A stretch of 64,000 nt of DNA from Dehalococcoidia bacterium (GCA_034422115.1 DAOUJW010000005.1:64292-128291); one strand, 5' to 3'; positions 46,420 to 64,000 are shown, counted from the first letter of the stretch. Numbers and translations are program-made. Notes: a model not told the origin generated them from the letters alone.

Positions 46420-47052
46420 ATGAAGATATCCTTATTGCCCAGAGAAGAGAAGTTCTTCACCCTCTTCCAGCAGAGCGCGGCCAACCTCAAGGCAACCGGA
46501 GAGAAGCTGCTGGACCTCATGGAGAACTACGAGAACGTCCCGGACAAGGTGGCCGAGATCAAGCGCCTGGAGGAGGTGGGAGACAACGTCATCCATGAGA
46601 TAATGACCAGCCTCCACAGGACCTTCGTCACTCCCCTGGACAGGGAGGACATTGCCGCTCTGGGAGAACGCCTGGACGACATTGTGGACTACATGGAGGA
46701 GGCCGCCCGCCTGATGGTGGAGTACCGCATTCAGGAGTCCACGGAAAACGCCAAGGAGCTTGCCCGAATCCTGCTGCGCTGCTCGGAGACCCTGGAGCAG
46801 GCCATAGGGCTGCTGCATCTGCGAGGGGCGAAGCTCCGGGACATCCTCCCCCTTGCATCAGAGATCAACCTCCTTGAGAACCAGGCGGACCAGGTGGTGA
46901 GCCGTGCGATGGCTGAGCTGTTCAACGACGACAACGTCTCCCCCATCTACGTCATCAAGTGGAAGGAGATCTACGACCTGCTGGAGGGCGCTACCGACCA
47001 CTGCGAGACGGCGGCCAATATGCTGGAGGGAATAGTCCTGAAGCATGCCTGA
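46420..47052 (+). CDS. DUF47 (PhoU-like, TIGR00153) protein
   Basis: MKISLLPREEKFFTLFQQSAANL...; GGAGGA RBS before the ATG at 46420. Confidence 0.85.
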   Translation: MKISLLPREEKFFTLFQQSAANLKATGEKLLDLMENYENVPDKVAEIKRLEEVGDNVIHEIMTSLHRTFVTPLDREDIAALGERLDDIVDYMEEAARLMVEYRIQESTENAKELARILLRCSETLEQAIGLLHLRGAKLRDILPLASEINLLENQADQVVSRAMAELFNDDNVSPIYVIKWKEIYDLLEGATDHCETAANMLEGIVLKHA

Positions 47053-48031
47053 TGAAGCCATACTGATAATCACGATTGGACTGGCTCTGGCATACGCCTA
47101 TGGCAACGGACTGAACGACGCCGCCAACGCCATAGCCACCGTGGTATCCACACGGGTCCTGTCTCCGACGGCGGCCGTGCTCATGGGCGGGTTGATGAAC
47201 CTGGTCGGGGCGCTCACGGGAACTGCAGTGGCCAAGACCATCGGCAAAGGGATTGTAAACCCGGACCTCATGTCCCAGGAAGCAGTGATGGCGGCCATCC
47301 TGTCGGCGGTGATCTGGGTGCTCGTGGCCACGCGCTACGGCTTCCCCGTAAGCGTGAGCCACTCCCTGGTGGCGGGCGTGCTTGGCGCAGGGGTAGCCCA
47401 CGCCGGGACTGCCGCCGTCAAAGTCGGCACACTCATCAAGGTGCTGATGGCCCTGGCCTTTTCACCGCTGCTCGGTTTCGCGACGGCCTTCGTCTTCATG
47501 ATCATCATCTACTGGGTATTTCGACGAATGACGCCTCACCAGGTGACCGCCCTATTCGGCAAGCTGCAGATTCTGGCGGCGGCCTTCCTGGCCTACAGCC
47601 ACGGCAAGAACGACGCACAGAACGCGATGGGGATCATGGCCCTGGCGGTGGGCGTGTACTACGTCCAGGAGGTTGAGGTGGAGCTCTGGATGCAGCTTGC
47701 CAGCGCCCTGATGATCGGCATTGGGACCGCCCTGGGAGGCTGGAGGGTTATCCGCACCTTGGGAATGCGAGTGACCAGGCTGCAACCCGTCCAGGGATTC
47801 GCGGCCAACACCTGCGCCGCCGCCGTCATTGAGGCGGCTTCAAACATAGGGCTGCCCGTGAGCACCACCCACACCTCCAGCAGCTCAATTATGGGAGTGG
47901 GCGCAACGCGCCGGCTTTCGGCGGTGCGCTGGGGAGTCTCCCGCGGCATTCTCTGGGCCTGGCTGGTGACCTACCCCTTCTGCGCCATCCTGGGTTGGGT
48001 GCTGTCCAAGTTGCTGGGAGCGGTGCTGTAG
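47045..48031 (+). CDS. pit: Inorganic phosphate transporter, PiT family
   Basis: NGLNDAANAIATVVSTRVL and GKNDAQNAMG motifs; 328 aa. Overlaps the DUF47 gene by 8 nt. Confidence 0.9.
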   Translation: MPDEAILIITIGLALAYAYGNGLNDAANAIATVVSTRVLSPTAAVLMGGLMNLVGALTGTAVAKTIGKGIVNPDLMSQEAVMAAILSAVIWVLVATRYGFPVSVSHSLVAGVLGAGVAHAGTAAVKVGTLIKVLMALAFSPLLGFATAFVFMIIIYWVFRRMTPHQVTALFGKLQILAAAFLAYSHGKNDAQNAMGIMALAVGVYYVQEVEVELWMQLASALMIGIGTALGGWRVIRTLGMRVTRLQPVQGFAANTCAAAVIEAASNIGLPVSTTHTSSSSIMGVGATRRLSAVRWGVSRGILWAWLVTYPFCAILGWVLSKLLGAVL

Positions 48032-48037
48032 GGGATC

Positions 48038-50248
48038 CTACTCCACCTTCTCCAGTGGCGCGTAGCTGTACAGCAGCTTCTTGATACCGGACTCCCCCTT
48101 GAAGGCCACCGTCACCTCGTAGTCCTGGTCCGTTGGGGCGCAGCTGACCACTATGCCCTCTCCGAACTTGAAGTGCGTAACCCTGTCGCCGTCCTTAAAG
48201 GGCGCCTCGACCGGAACGGTATTCTGCTCTATGCCTACCGCCCTGCCCACCGACCCCGGCGCGGCTGCCTTCTGCCCGGCCATCGACATAGACGTGATGA
48301 GGCGCTGGGGCACGTCTCCCAGGAACCGGGACGGCCTTGAGGCGGAGTTGCTGCCCCAGAAGCCCCGGCGGAAGGCGCGGGTCAGATACAGCCTCTCCCT
48401 GGCTCGCGTCATGCCCACGTAGAACAGCCTGCGCTCCTCCTCCAGCTGGTCCGGGTCGTCAACGGAACGGCTGTGGGGCAGCAGGCCCTCCTCCAGCCCG
48501 ACAATGAACACCACCGGAAACTCAAGGCCCTTGGCCTGGTGCAGCGTGATGAGGGTGATGGCGTCTGTGGCCTCTTCCAGCGTATCCACGTCCGAGACCA
48601 GGGCCACTCCCTCCAGGAACGCGGAGAGCCGTTCCGACGGCTCCATTGGCCGGAACTCCCGGGCCGTAGTCCTAAGCTCCTTGAGGTTCTCCAGACGCTC
48701 CAGACCCTGCTCACCCTCGGCCCGCAGGTGGTCGCCGTACCCCGTGCGCTCCATCACGGCGTCGATAAGCTCCTCCACGCTAAGGTTTCTAGCGTACTCT
48801 ATCAGGGTGTTGATTATGTGCAGGAACCGAGCCACCGCCCGGTTGGGCCGCCCTCCGTCGTCGCCCTCCGTCGCCATGAGCTGCGCGGCGGTGTAGACGG
48901 GCACGTTGCCCATCCGAGCGGTGTGGACAAGCTGGTCCAGGGTCTTCTGCCCTATGCCCCTGGGAGGGACGTTGATGATTCGCCTCAGGCTCACCTCGTC
49001 GTAGGGGTTGTGGACAACCCGCAGGTAGGCGACCACGTCCTTGATCTCCCTGCGCTGGTAGAAGCGCAGCCCGCCGATGAGCTTGTAGGGGATGCCGTAC
49101 CGCAGGCACACCTCCTCCAAGGCGCGGGACTGGGCGTTGATGCGGTACATCACGGCGCAGTCGCCCAGCTTGCGGCCGTCGTACTGGTTCATCCTCTCGA
49201 TCTCCTGGAGCACCTGCTGGGCCTCCTCCTCCGGGTTGTACGCCTCACCCACGTACAGGGGCACTCCTCGCTCGTTCTCGGTGGTCAGCGCCTTGCCGAT
49301 GCGCCGGCGGTTGGCGGAGATGACGCCGGTTGCCGCCTCCAGTATGGTCTCGGTGGAGCGGTAGTTCTCCTCCAGGGTCACCTTCCTGACGTCCGGGTAG
49401 TCCCGCTCAAAGGAGAGGATGTTGCGGATGTCGGCGTTGCGCCATGAGTAGATGGCCTGGTCGGGGTCGCCCACCACACAGATGTTGCGATGCCTGCTCG
49501 CCAGCTGCCTGGCGATGGCGTACTGGGCGACGTTGGTGTCCTGGAACTCGTCGATGAGCAGGTACTCGAAACGGGAGCGGTACTTCTCCAAGACCTCCGA
49601 GTTATCCCGGAAGAGGACGTAGGTCTTGAGCAGCAGGTCATCGAAGTCCACTGCATTGTTGGAGTGGAGCAGCGCCTGGTATCTTAGATACACCTGGCCG
49701 ACGACCCGCTCCATGGGGTTGGGATGCCCGGGGGCGTAGTCCTCCGCCTCTATCAGCTGGCTCTTGGCGGCGGAGATGGCGGAGAGCACCGACCTGGGCG
49801 GGAACCGCTTGGGGTCGTACTCAAGCTGGGCCATTGCCTGGTCAAGCACCTCCAGCTGGTCCTCCTGGTCGTAGATGACAAAGGAGCGATCGAGGCCGGC
49901 GTAGTCGGCCTCCCTGCGCAGTATCTGTGCGCAGAGGGCGTGGAAGGTGGCGACGTTGAAGTCGCCCCGCATGTGCCACAGATCTCCGAGAAGGGGCGAC
50001 GACGGATCGCTCTGGCTCCTGCCGAACAGCCTGTCGCGCATCTCCCGCGCCGCCTTGTTGGTGAAGGTGACCGCCGCAATGCGGTACGGCATGACCCCGC
50101 ATCTCAGGACAAGGTAGGCTATCCGATGGGTGATGACACGGGTCTTGCCGCTGCCAGGGCCAGCCAGTATCAGCAGCGGCCCATCGACCGCCTCCACGGC
50201 TTCACGCTGCGCCGGGTTCAGGCTTCCTAGTATTGCGTCGTGGCTCAT
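48038..50248 (-). CDS. pcrA: ATP-dependent DNA helicase PcrA/UvrD
   Basis: LNPAQREAVEAVDGPLLILAGPGSGKTRVITHRIAYL, DEFQDTN and VMYRINAQSR motifs; 736 aa. Confidence 0.95.
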   Translation of the reverse strand: MSHDAILGSLNPAQREAVEAVDGPLLILAGPGSGKTRVITHRIAYLVLRCGVMPYRIAAVTFTNKAAREMRDRLFGRSQSDPSSPLLGDLWHMRGDFNVATFHALCAQILRREADYAGLDRSFVIYDQEDQLEVLDQAMAQLEYDPKRFPPRSVLSAISAAKSQLIEAEDYAPGHPNPMERVVGQVYLRYQALLHSNNAVDFDDLLLKTYVLFRDNSEVLEKYRSRFEYLLIDEFQDTNVAQYAIARQLASRHRNICVVGDPDQAIYSWRNADIRNILSFERDYPDVRKVTLEENYRSTETILEAATGVISANRRRIGKALTTENERGVPLYVGEAYNPEEEAQQVLQEIERMNQYDGRKLGDCAVMYRINAQSRALEEVCLRYGIPYKLIGGLRFYQRREIKDVVAYLRVVHNPYDEVSLRRIINVPPRGIGQKTLDQLVHTARMGNVPVYTAAQLMATEGDDGGRPNRAVARFLHIINTLIEYARNLSVEELIDAVMERTGYGDHLRAEGEQGLERLENLKELRTTAREFRPMEPSERLSAFLEGVALVSDVDTLEEATDAITLITLHQAKGLEFPVVFIVGLEEGLLPHSRSVDDPDQLEEERRLFYVGMTRARERLYLTRAFRRGFWGSNSASRPSRFLGDVPQRLITSMSMAGQKAAAPGSVGRAVGIEQNTVPVEAPFKDGDRVTHFKFGEGIVVSCAPTDQDYEVTVAFKGESGIKKLLYSYAPLEKVE

Positions 50249-50332
50249 CTTCTTTCACAGGGATTATAGCACCAAGGGTGTTCTCTACAGGCGTTTGTAC
50301 TTGCCATCTTTGCTGAGATAACACCCCCTTTA

Positions 50333-50420
50333 CCGCTCGTGGTGAGCCTGGTCGAACCAGAGCGGGAAGACTGCGGGTGTAGTTGCTACCGCTCTACTTC
50401 GACAAGCTCAGTATGAGCGG
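50333..50420. repeat. Family A repeat pair
   Basis: CCGCTCGtggtGAGCCTGGTCGAaccaGAGCGG (50333-50365) and CCGCTCtacTTCGACAAGCTCagtaTGAGCGG (50389-50420). Confidence 0.8.
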
Positions 50421-50541
50421 TGTCGTTCACCATAACCAACGCCTGTAGAGAATACCGCACCAGCGCTGCCCTAGACGCTTTGCGTGAGGCTCACTATAAT
50501 TACCCAGTACCCTTACACTCAGATATTGGAGAGAATTAGCA

Positions 50542-53864
<3,323 letters not shown>

Positions 53865-53897
53865 GTTGCTATGCATCCTCATCCCAAAGAAATCATT

Positions 53898-54073
53898 GTC
53901 ACTCCCGTGCAGACGGGAGTCCACACTCCACCCCTCCTGGATTCCTGCTTCCGCAGGAATGGTATACCCGCGTCTCCGTCATTCCCGCCTCCGAGCGGGA
54001 ATCTAGGGCACGTCCCAGGAGATAGCGCAGATTGCAGGGCAGGGACTCTGGATTCCTGCCTTCGCAGGAATGG
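53898..54073 (+). repeat. Family B composite: full two-hairpin element plus two extra second-hairpin modules
   Basis: gtcaCTCCCGTgcagACGGGAGtccac..ATTCCTGCttccGCAGGAAT, then ATTCCCGCctccgaGCGGGAAT (53978-54003), then ATTCCTGCcttcGCAGGAAT (54046-54073). Confidence 0.85.
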
Positions 54074-54122
54074 TTCCCTCCCCTCACACTGTAACGCCAT
54101 TGCAGGCGTACGCTGACCGTCC

Positions 54123-54680
54123 ATGAAGCTCATAGTCGGACTGGGGAACCCGGGCGAGAGGTACGCCAGGTCCAGGCACAACGTCGGGTTCATGTGTGTG
54201 GAGGCGGTAGCCGCTCTGGGAGGGATACGCCTTTCAGAAAGACGCGACGTGGTCGTCATAGGCCGGGGCTTCATTGAGGGAGAAGAGGTTGTGCTGGCAA
54301 AGCCCCGCACCTTCATGAACAACAGCGGAGAGGCGCTGTCATACCTGACCACCCGCTTTCCCGTATCCCACAGCGACCTGCTCATCATCTACGACGACAT
54401 GGACCTGCCCATGGGCAAGATACGCATCAGGCCTACAGGCAGCGGCGCCGGGCAGAGGGGCATGGAGTCGATTATAGCCGCCCTGAGGAGCCAGGACGTC
54501 CCGCGGCTCCGCATCGGCATAGGCCATCCACCGGAGGACGTGGACGAGATAAGGCACGTACTCGGTGGATTCACCTCAGAGGAGGAGCCGCTTATCTCGG
54601 AGGCCCTGACCACCGCGCGGGACGCCGTGATGGACGTGCTGGCCCACGGCCTGGACTGGGCCATGAACCGCTACAACTAG
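54123..54680 (+). CDS. pth: Peptidyl-tRNA hydrolase
   Basis: MKLIVGLGNPGERYARSRHNVGF; 185 aa. Confidence 0.95.
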   Translation: MKLIVGLGNPGERYARSRHNVGFMCVEAVAALGGIRLSERRDVVVIGRGFIEGEEVVLAKPRTFMNNSGEALSYLTTRFPVSHSDLLIIYDDMDLPMGKIRIRPTGSGAGQRGMESIIAALRSQDVPRLRIGIGHPPEDVDEIRHVLGGFTSEEEPLISEALTTARDAVMDVLAHGLDWAMNRYN

Positions 54681-55993
54681 GAGGAAGCCGCAGCCGCCGG
54701 GGTCTCTTCGGCAGGCTGAGGAGTCCCCTCCCCTACCGCCGTCTCCGCCCTCCTGACTGCCGGTATGCCTACTAGTATCGCAGTCACCAGAATGAGCGAG
54801 AAAATGCCCATTGAGGCCGTGGCACCGGGCGCGCCCCACGCCTCCGCGCTGGCTCCCAGCAACACCATCCCCACAGGCCCCATGCCGGCAGCAATCATGC
54901 GTATGCTCAGCACCCGGCCTCTAATATAGTCGGGCGAGATTATCTGCACCAGTGTGAAGTTGCTGGTCATGAATATCTGGAACAGGTACCCCACCAGCAG
55001 GACCAGGAAGAGGGAGAGGAAGTACACGGTGGAGAACGCGAAGAAGGCGATGAAGAGTCCAAGCCCCAGGCCGCCGGTTATCATGAGCGCCTTCATCTGC
55101 CCCGGTTTGCTGAAGGCCGCCACCGTCATCGAGCCTGCAATCGCCCCCGCTCCCCCCATCGCTCCCAGCCACCCCAGGCCGTCGGCGCCGACGTCAAGAA
55201 TGTCCCGGGCGAATACGGGCAGGAGCGTCATGTAAGGCATGGCGAAAATCGTGAGAACCGCTCCCATCAGAAGAAGGCCCATAAGCACGCTGTTTGTGCG
55301 CACGTAGTTTACGCCCTGTGCAATGCTGCCCAGCACAGAAGTCTGGGCGGCCACCCCAATGCCGGGGGACACGCTGGGAATCCTCAGGGGAAAGAGAATA
55401 AGGAGCGCGGGGACCAGCACAATGCAGGCCACAACGAAGCAGAACCCCATCCCATAGGAGTTGATGAGGTATCCGGCCAGAGCCGGCCCCACCAGCTGCC
55501 CGGCGCTGAAGATGGTGGTGAACAGCGCCACGCCGCTTGCCAGGTCTTTCTGGTCTACCAGGTTGCCCACCGTCGCCGCCCGGGCCGGCATCCCCAAGGC
55601 AAAGCCCACTCCGTGCAGGATGGTGAGAGCGAACAGCTGCCACACCTGGACAACGCCTGCAACTATGAGGAGCGCCAGGGCCAGCACCACCACCAGGTTG
55701 AATACCTCGCTGACTATGAGCACCAGCCTGCGATTCACCCGGTCCGCAATCACTCCGCCGAAGGCTGAGAAGACTAGCATGGGAACCATTCCCACGGCGT
55801 TGACGGCGGTCACCATAAAGGGGGAGTCGGTCAGGTCCAGTGCCAGCCAGCCGCGGGCGATCATGGTCATGAAGAAGGAGGTTATGGAGATGAGAGAGGC
55901 GGCCCAGAATATGCGGAACTGGGGGTAAGCGAAGGCACGCAGGGGCCCCAGCCGCCGGGGTGACCGCGGCTCGTTCGCCGGGGACTGTTCCAT
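54677..55993 (-). CDS. MFS transporter
   Basis: 438 aa, 12 predicted TM segments, and the motif GGVIADRVNRR between TM2 and TM3. Confidence 0.85.
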   Translation of the reverse strand: MEQSPANEPRSPRRLGPLRAFAYPQFRIFWAASLISITSFFMTMIARGWLALDLTDSPFMVTAVNAVGMVPMLVFSAFGGVIADRVNRRLVLIVSEVFNLVVVLALALLIVAGVVQVWQLFALTILHGVGFALGMPARAATVGNLVDQKDLASGVALFTTIFSAGQLVGPALAGYLINSYGMGFCFVVACIVLVPALLILFPLRIPSVSPGIGVAAQTSVLGSIAQGVNYVRTNSVLMGLLLMGAVLTIFAMPYMTLLPVFARDILDVGADGLGWLGAMGGAGAIAGSMTVAAFSKPGQMKALMITGGLGLGLFIAFFAFSTVYFLSLFLVLLVGYLFQIFMTSNFTLVQIISPDYIRGRVLSIRMIAAGMGPVGMVLLGASAEAWGAPGATASMGIFSLILVTAILVGIPAVRRAETAVGEGTPQPAEETPAAAASS

Positions 55994-56111
55994 ATCAGAG
56001 CTAATGGCGGGGCCTCACTTTCGGCGACGGGGTTTGCGCCAAGTATACGCCCTATGTCCAGCGCTACGCCAACTGGATACTCCCAAAGTGCGCAGCAACG
56101 GCCGATATTAC

Positions 56112-56252
56112 CCGCTCATCCCCGTATCAAGTACGGGGCAGGCTCTGAGCTTGTCGAAGGATATGAGCGGGTATGTCTACTTCCGAGCCCATTCCGCTCA
56201 AATGGTTCGACAGGCTCACCCCCGTATCAAGTACGGGGCAGGCTATGAGCGG
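56112..56252. repeat. Family A repeat pair, each unit carrying a nested extra hairpin
   Basis: Both units contain the inserted CCCCGTAtcaagTACGGGGcaggct (56120-56144 and 56220-56244) within the CCGCTCA...TGAGCGG frame. Confidence 0.75.
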
Positions 56253-56264
56253 AATGGGGAGGCG

Positions 56265-56292
56265 TCCTGGATTCCTGCTTCCGCAGGAATGG
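56265..56292 (+). repeat. Family B repeat (second-hairpin module)
   Basis: tcctggATTCCTGCttccGCAGGAATgg. Confidence 0.75.
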
Positions 56293-56313
56293 TTAATGGT
56301 AGGGAGGAGGCTA

Positions 56314-56389
56314 TGCCCTCAAGGGGATTCGAACCCCTGATCTCCACCTTGAAAGGGTGGCGTCCTAGGCCAGGCTAGACGATGAGGGC
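56314..56389 (-). tRNA. tRNA-Glu (anticodon TTC)
   Basis: Reverse complement: GCCCTCATCGTCTAGCCTGGCCTAGGACGCCACCCTTTCAAGGTGGAGATCAGGGGTTCGAATCCCCTTGAGGGCA. Confidence 0.9.
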
Positions 56390-56432
56390 ATGTGAATGCT
56401 GCGAGTCGTGGAGCCGCTTGCCGCCGCTATCC

Positions 56433-57467
56433 CTACGGATACAACGCCAACTGCTCCAGGCCCTCCGCTTCCGGCATGTCAAACATGAGGTTCATGTTCT
56501 GGATGGCCTGTCCCGCCGCGCCCTTGACCAGGTTGTCCAGGCAGCTCACCACCATAAGGCGGTTGGTGCGGGTGTCCACGTGCGGGAAGACGATGCAGTT
56601 GTTGTTGCCCAGGGTGTGCTTGGTCATTGGCGACGCGTCAACCACCCGGATGAAGGGTTCGTCCCGGTAGAAGTCCTTGTACAGAGACCGCACCTCGTCA
56701 ATACCCGTCTTCCCCGAGGAGATGGCCCCGTCCTTGAGCGGGACGTAGCAGGAGCTGAGGATGCCCCTTGTCATGGGTATCAGGTGGGGCAGGAAGGTGA
56801 TTTTGGGGTCGTAGGAGGGCTGGTAGTGGCGAATCTCCTGGGTTATCTCCGGCAGGTGGCGGTGGCCGTTCACGGAGTAGGCCGACACGTTCTCGTTAAC
56901 CTCAGAGAAGTGGGCGGTCAGGCTGAGGCCGCGCCCGGCGCCGGACACCCCGGACTTGGCATCGACGATGATGTCCTCCCCAATCAGCCCCTCGCGGATG
57001 GCCGGGGCCAGCGCCAGGATTGCGCCGGTGGGGTAGCAGCCGGGGTTGGCCACCAGGGTTGACCCCTTGATGTCGCTGCGGAACAGCTCCGTCAGCCCGT
57101 ATACGGAGTCCTCCAGCAGTTCCGGTTTGGGATGCTCCACGCCGTACCACTGCTCGTACTCGGAGGCGTCCTTGAGCCGGAAGTCGGCGCTGATGTCAAT
57201 CGACTTCACTCCCTTCTCCACCAAGGGAATCAGCGCCTCTGCGCTGGCCGTCTGCGGAAGGGCGGAGAACGCGATGTCGACGCTCTCGGTCACCTCGTCC
57301 AGGATTGTCAGGTCGATGTCGCCCAGGTGCGGGAAGGCCTCGCCCAGCTTCTGGCCCACAGCGCTCCTGCCGGTGACCTGGGTAAGCTCCACCTCCGGGT
57401 GGCGGTGCAGGATGCGGGCAAGCTCAATGCCGGAGTAACCCGTTACGTTTATGATTGCAGCTTTCAT
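56433..57467 (-). CDS. argC: N-acetyl-gamma-glutamyl-phosphate reductase
   Basis: MKAAIINVTGYSGIELARIL and ANPGCYPTGAILAL (catalytic Cys). GGAGGC RBS before the ATG at 57467. Confidence 0.93.
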   Translation of the reverse strand: MKAAIINVTGYSGIELARILHRHPEVELTQVTGRSAVGQKLGEAFPHLGDIDLTILDEVTESVDIAFSALPQTASAEALIPLVEKGVKSIDISADFRLKDASEYEQWYGVEHPKPELLEDSVYGLTELFRSDIKGSTLVANPGCYPTGAILALAPAIREGLIGEDIIVDAKSGVSGAGRGLSLTAHFSEVNENVSAYSVNGHRHLPEITQEIRHYQPSYDPKITFLPHLIPMTRGILSSCYVPLKDGAISSGKTGIDEVRSLYKDFYRDEPFIRVVDASPMTKHTLGNNNCIVFPHVDTRTNRLMVVSCLDNLVKGAAGQAIQNMNLMFDMPEAEGLEQLALYP

Positions 57468-57563
57468 TTTTGAAGCCTCCAGAATGGGTAGACCCTCAGT
57501 ATAACGCCTCTTTAGGCAAAGGGGCAACCTGCCGACGCCTGGGTCGACTGGTGGCGTCTCCCG

Positions 57564-58268
57564 TCAGTCCCCGTCCTCCTTCTTCTCCGTGACGGCCTCC
57601 ATGCCGCCCTGCGCCAGGAACTCCGCCGCCTCCTGCGGGTCCATCGGCTTCAGGTCGATGCCCAACGGCGAGGATATGCCGCCGGACAGCACCATCGACA
57701 TCGCCTCCGGCACGGTCATAGTCGTGTCGTAGATGTTCTCCACCGGCACCATCGCCACCCAGCCGGAGTTGGGCGTAGGCGCAGTCGGCAGGTAAATCAC
57801 GCCCACGGTCTGGCCGGAGTCGAAGGCGGTGATACCGGTGAGAAAGCCCACCATCCACGCGCCCTCCCTGGGGTACTCCACAATGACGACCCGCTTGAAG
57901 CCCGCCGCGCTGTCCCCCGTGAAGGACTCTATCAGCTTCCGGGCCGGGCCGTATATTGCCCCGACCAGCGGCACCTGCAGCATGAACTCCTGCGATGCGC
58001 GGATGGCCCGACGCCCCACGCGCTTGGTCCAGAGCAGCCCCAGCAGGTACGCCGCCAGCGCAAGGGCTATCAGCCCCAGGCCGGGGATGCTCCAGCCAAT
58101 GAGCGAGTCTATCGCCGGCCTCAGCAGCCCGTCGACGGTGTCGAAGGCCCACCTGACCAGCACGTAGGTAATGGCCACGGGAATCAGGATGAGCACGCCT
58201 ACAATCAGCGTGCTGCGTACGTGGCCCCGCAGCCTATGGAAGAAGGGTTTTTGTGGTTGGTCTGTCAT
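57564..58268 (-). CDS. DUF502 family membrane protein
   Basis: LIVGVLILIPVAITYVLVRW...; 234 aa. Confidence 0.75.
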   Translation of the reverse strand: MTDQPQKPFFHRLRGHVRSTLIVGVLILIPVAITYVLVRWAFDTVDGLLRPAIDSLIGWSIPGLGLIALALAAYLLGLLWTKRVGRRAIRASQEFMLQVPLVGAIYGPARKLIESFTGDSAAGFKRVVIVEYPREGAWMVGFLTGITAFDSGQTVGVIYLPTAPTPNSGWVAMVPVENIYDTTMTVPEAMSMVLSGGISSPLGIDLKPMDPQEAAEFLAQGGMEAVTEKKEDGD

Positions 58269-58327
58269 GGAAGGTCTCGTCCCTTATTCACGGTTCAGTC
58301 AGTTTAGGAATAGTCTGAACAAGTTCA

Positions 58328-58392
58328 GTCCACTCCCGCGAAGGCGGGAGTCCACGCCCCACCCCTCCTGGATTCCTGCCTATGCAGGAATG
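58328..58392 (+). repeat. Family B two-hairpin repeat
   Basis: gtccaCTCCCGCgaagGCGGGAGtccacgccccacccctcctggATTCCTGCctatGCAGGAATgg. Confidence 0.85.
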
Positions 58393-58472
58393 GTCATTGA
58401 AGGTGTCTTTAGGCGGGATGGTCATGTTTGTTACTTGTTCAGAGGTTTCTTAGGTCAACCGCCCCCTGGCTC

Positions 58473-58561
58473 CCGCTCACACTGAGCTTGTCGAAGTGTG
58501 TGAGCGGGAACATGAACGTCAGTTCCATCGCTCGAATGGTTCGACAAGCTCACCACGAGCG
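58473..58561. repeat. Family A repeat pair
   Basis: CCGCTCAcactGAGCTTGTCGAagtgtgTGAGCGG (58473-58507) and a reverse unit ..CGCTCGaatggTTCGACAAGCTCaccaCGAGCG (58527-58561). Confidence 0.8.
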
Positions 58562-58572
58562 TTGGAATATCT

Positions 58573-59385
58573 CTAGTCCGGGCTTGTAATCCGCGCCTTC
58601 CAGCTTGGCCTCCGCTTCTCCGCAAAGGCCCTGGCCCCCTCCGCCCGGTCCTCCGCCCCCTGCTCGCCGTACACGTCCGGCCCCGCGTTGACGTGGAAAG
58701 CGTATGGCAGGGGCAGGCCGATGGTCTTGTAGGCGTTGTGCTTCTGCCGGGCAACCGAAAGGGGCGCGCAGTCCAGTATCTTCTCCGCAAGCTCCGTGCA
58801 GTAGGACAGCAGCTCCTCCTGGGGCACAATCTTGTTGATGAGGCCCCACTTCTCGCACTCCTCCGCGTTGAGCAGCCGGGCGGTGAACAGGGCCTCCAGG
58901 GCAACGCCCATTGGGAGCATCCGGGGCAGCATGACGGTGCCCACGTGCGCGCCCAGGCCCACCCGCGCCTCCGGGCAGCCCATGCGGGTGTTCGGCGTGC
59001 CGATGCGAATGTCGCAGCAGGCCGCGATCTCGCAGCCGCCGCCCGCGGCCACGCCGTTGATGGCGGCGATGACGGGCTTGTTGTAGGTGGTCATTATAAG
59101 CTCCGGGGTCGCGACCTCCGTGGTGGTCGGCGGCATGGTGGACTCACCCGACCTGGAGCGCTCCGCCATCTCCTTCAGGTCGCCGCCGGCGCAGAAGGCG
59201 CGGTCGCCTGCGCCCGTGATGATAAGCACCCTCATTTCAGGGTCGTTGCGGAAGTCCGTGACGCCCTCCTGCAAGCCTCGGCTGATGTCCCGGCCCAGGG
59301 CGTTCATCCGCTCCGGGCGGTTCATGGTGAGGTAGGCAATCTGGCCCTTCTTCTCGTAGCTAACGTAGGGGTTGTCCCAGTTCAT
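58573..59385 (-). CDS. Enoyl-CoA hydratase/isomerase (crotonase) family protein
   Basis: MNWDNPYVSYEKKGQIAYLTMNRPERMNAL...ITGAGDRAFCAGGDL. GGAGGC RBS before the ATG at 59385. Confidence 0.85.
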   Translation of the reverse strand: MNWDNPYVSYEKKGQIAYLTMNRPERMNALGRDISRGLQEGVTDFRNDPEMRVLIITGAGDRAFCAGGDLKEMAERSRSGESTMPPTTTEVATPELIMTTYNKPVIAAINGVAAGGGCEIAACCDIRIGTPNTRMGCPEARVGLGAHVGTVMLPRMLPMGVALEALFTARLLNAEECEKWGLINKIVPQEELLSYCTELAEKILDCAPLSVARQKHNAYKTIGLPLPYAFHVNAGPDVYGEQGAEDRAEGARAFAEKRRPSWKARITSPD

Positions 59386-59484
59386 AGCGGCCTCCAAAAG
59401 CGTAGTGAGGTATCCGACGCGAGTATACGGCAGGCTCAGCGCGGGGCGCAAATGCAGCGAGGGTAAATTCGCCGATTGAAGGTA

Positions 59485-59513
59485 TTGACATCTCCCACCC
59501 GACAGGTTACACT
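59485..59513 (+). promoter_or_regulatory. Sigma-70-like promoter upstream of rpoB
   Basis: TTGACA (59485-59490), 17-nt spacer, TACACT (59508-59513). Confidence 0.4.
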
Positions 59514-59636
59514 TTCAGTCTATCGTTAATATGGCTCAAGGTATGTCCCCCATTTTTTCGCCCGGCAACTTTATTGTTGCCCTATTGTCGCGCCCGTAGT
59601 CGTCCCAAATTGCTCGGTTTTGGAGTGTGATTTAGT

Positions 59637-64000
<4,364 letters not shown>

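Overview
This is a 64-kb, high-GC bacterial chromosomal window. Gene content and repeat style are reminiscent of Chloroflexota, but the taxon cannot be proven from the sequence alone.

**Backbone.** It is mostly housekeeping: rsmI, lepA, an OppD/OppF-like ATPase pair, an RND pump, trpG-D-C-F-B, thrB, aspartokinase, a GT2 glycosyltransferase, a two-domain ThyX-like gene, ltaE, leuS, DUF47-Pit, pcrA, DUF1015, ligA, pth, argC, rpoB and the start of rpoC. There are six tRNAs: Leu-TAG, Lys-CTT, Gln-CTG, Gly-GCC, Leu-CAA and Glu-TTC.

**Unusual features.**
1. Two tandem DUF3179-like genes each carry an in-frame TGA at the first Cys of the family's CPLC motif, followed by a covarying hairpin. They are candidate UxxC selenoproteins.
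2. An AT-richer two-gene island (SAMHD1-like HD phosphohydrolase plus a YwgA/Panacea-like small protein) sits directly after trpB.
3. A DNA methyltransferase-HNH fusion gene is bracketed by 141-bp direct repeats.
4. Two abundant families of structured intergenic repeats show compensatory stem changes. One copy is flanked by a 17-bp duplication.
5. Toxin-antitoxin modules (RHH antitoxin with a PIN remnant, and hicAB) and small low-GC ORFs cluster around a tRNA-Gly/tRNA-Leu pair.
6. Aspartokinase is split into a catalytic gene and an ACT-domain gene.
7. Diverged duplicate OppB-like permease genes flank a low-GC gene with tandem repeats.
8. A 0.7-kb ORF-free region holds two intrinsic terminators, a promoter-like site and a C11 tract.

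No rRNA, CRISPR array, transposase or integrase was recognised. Many long ORFs in the track are antisense shadow ORFs typical of high-GC DNA and were not called.
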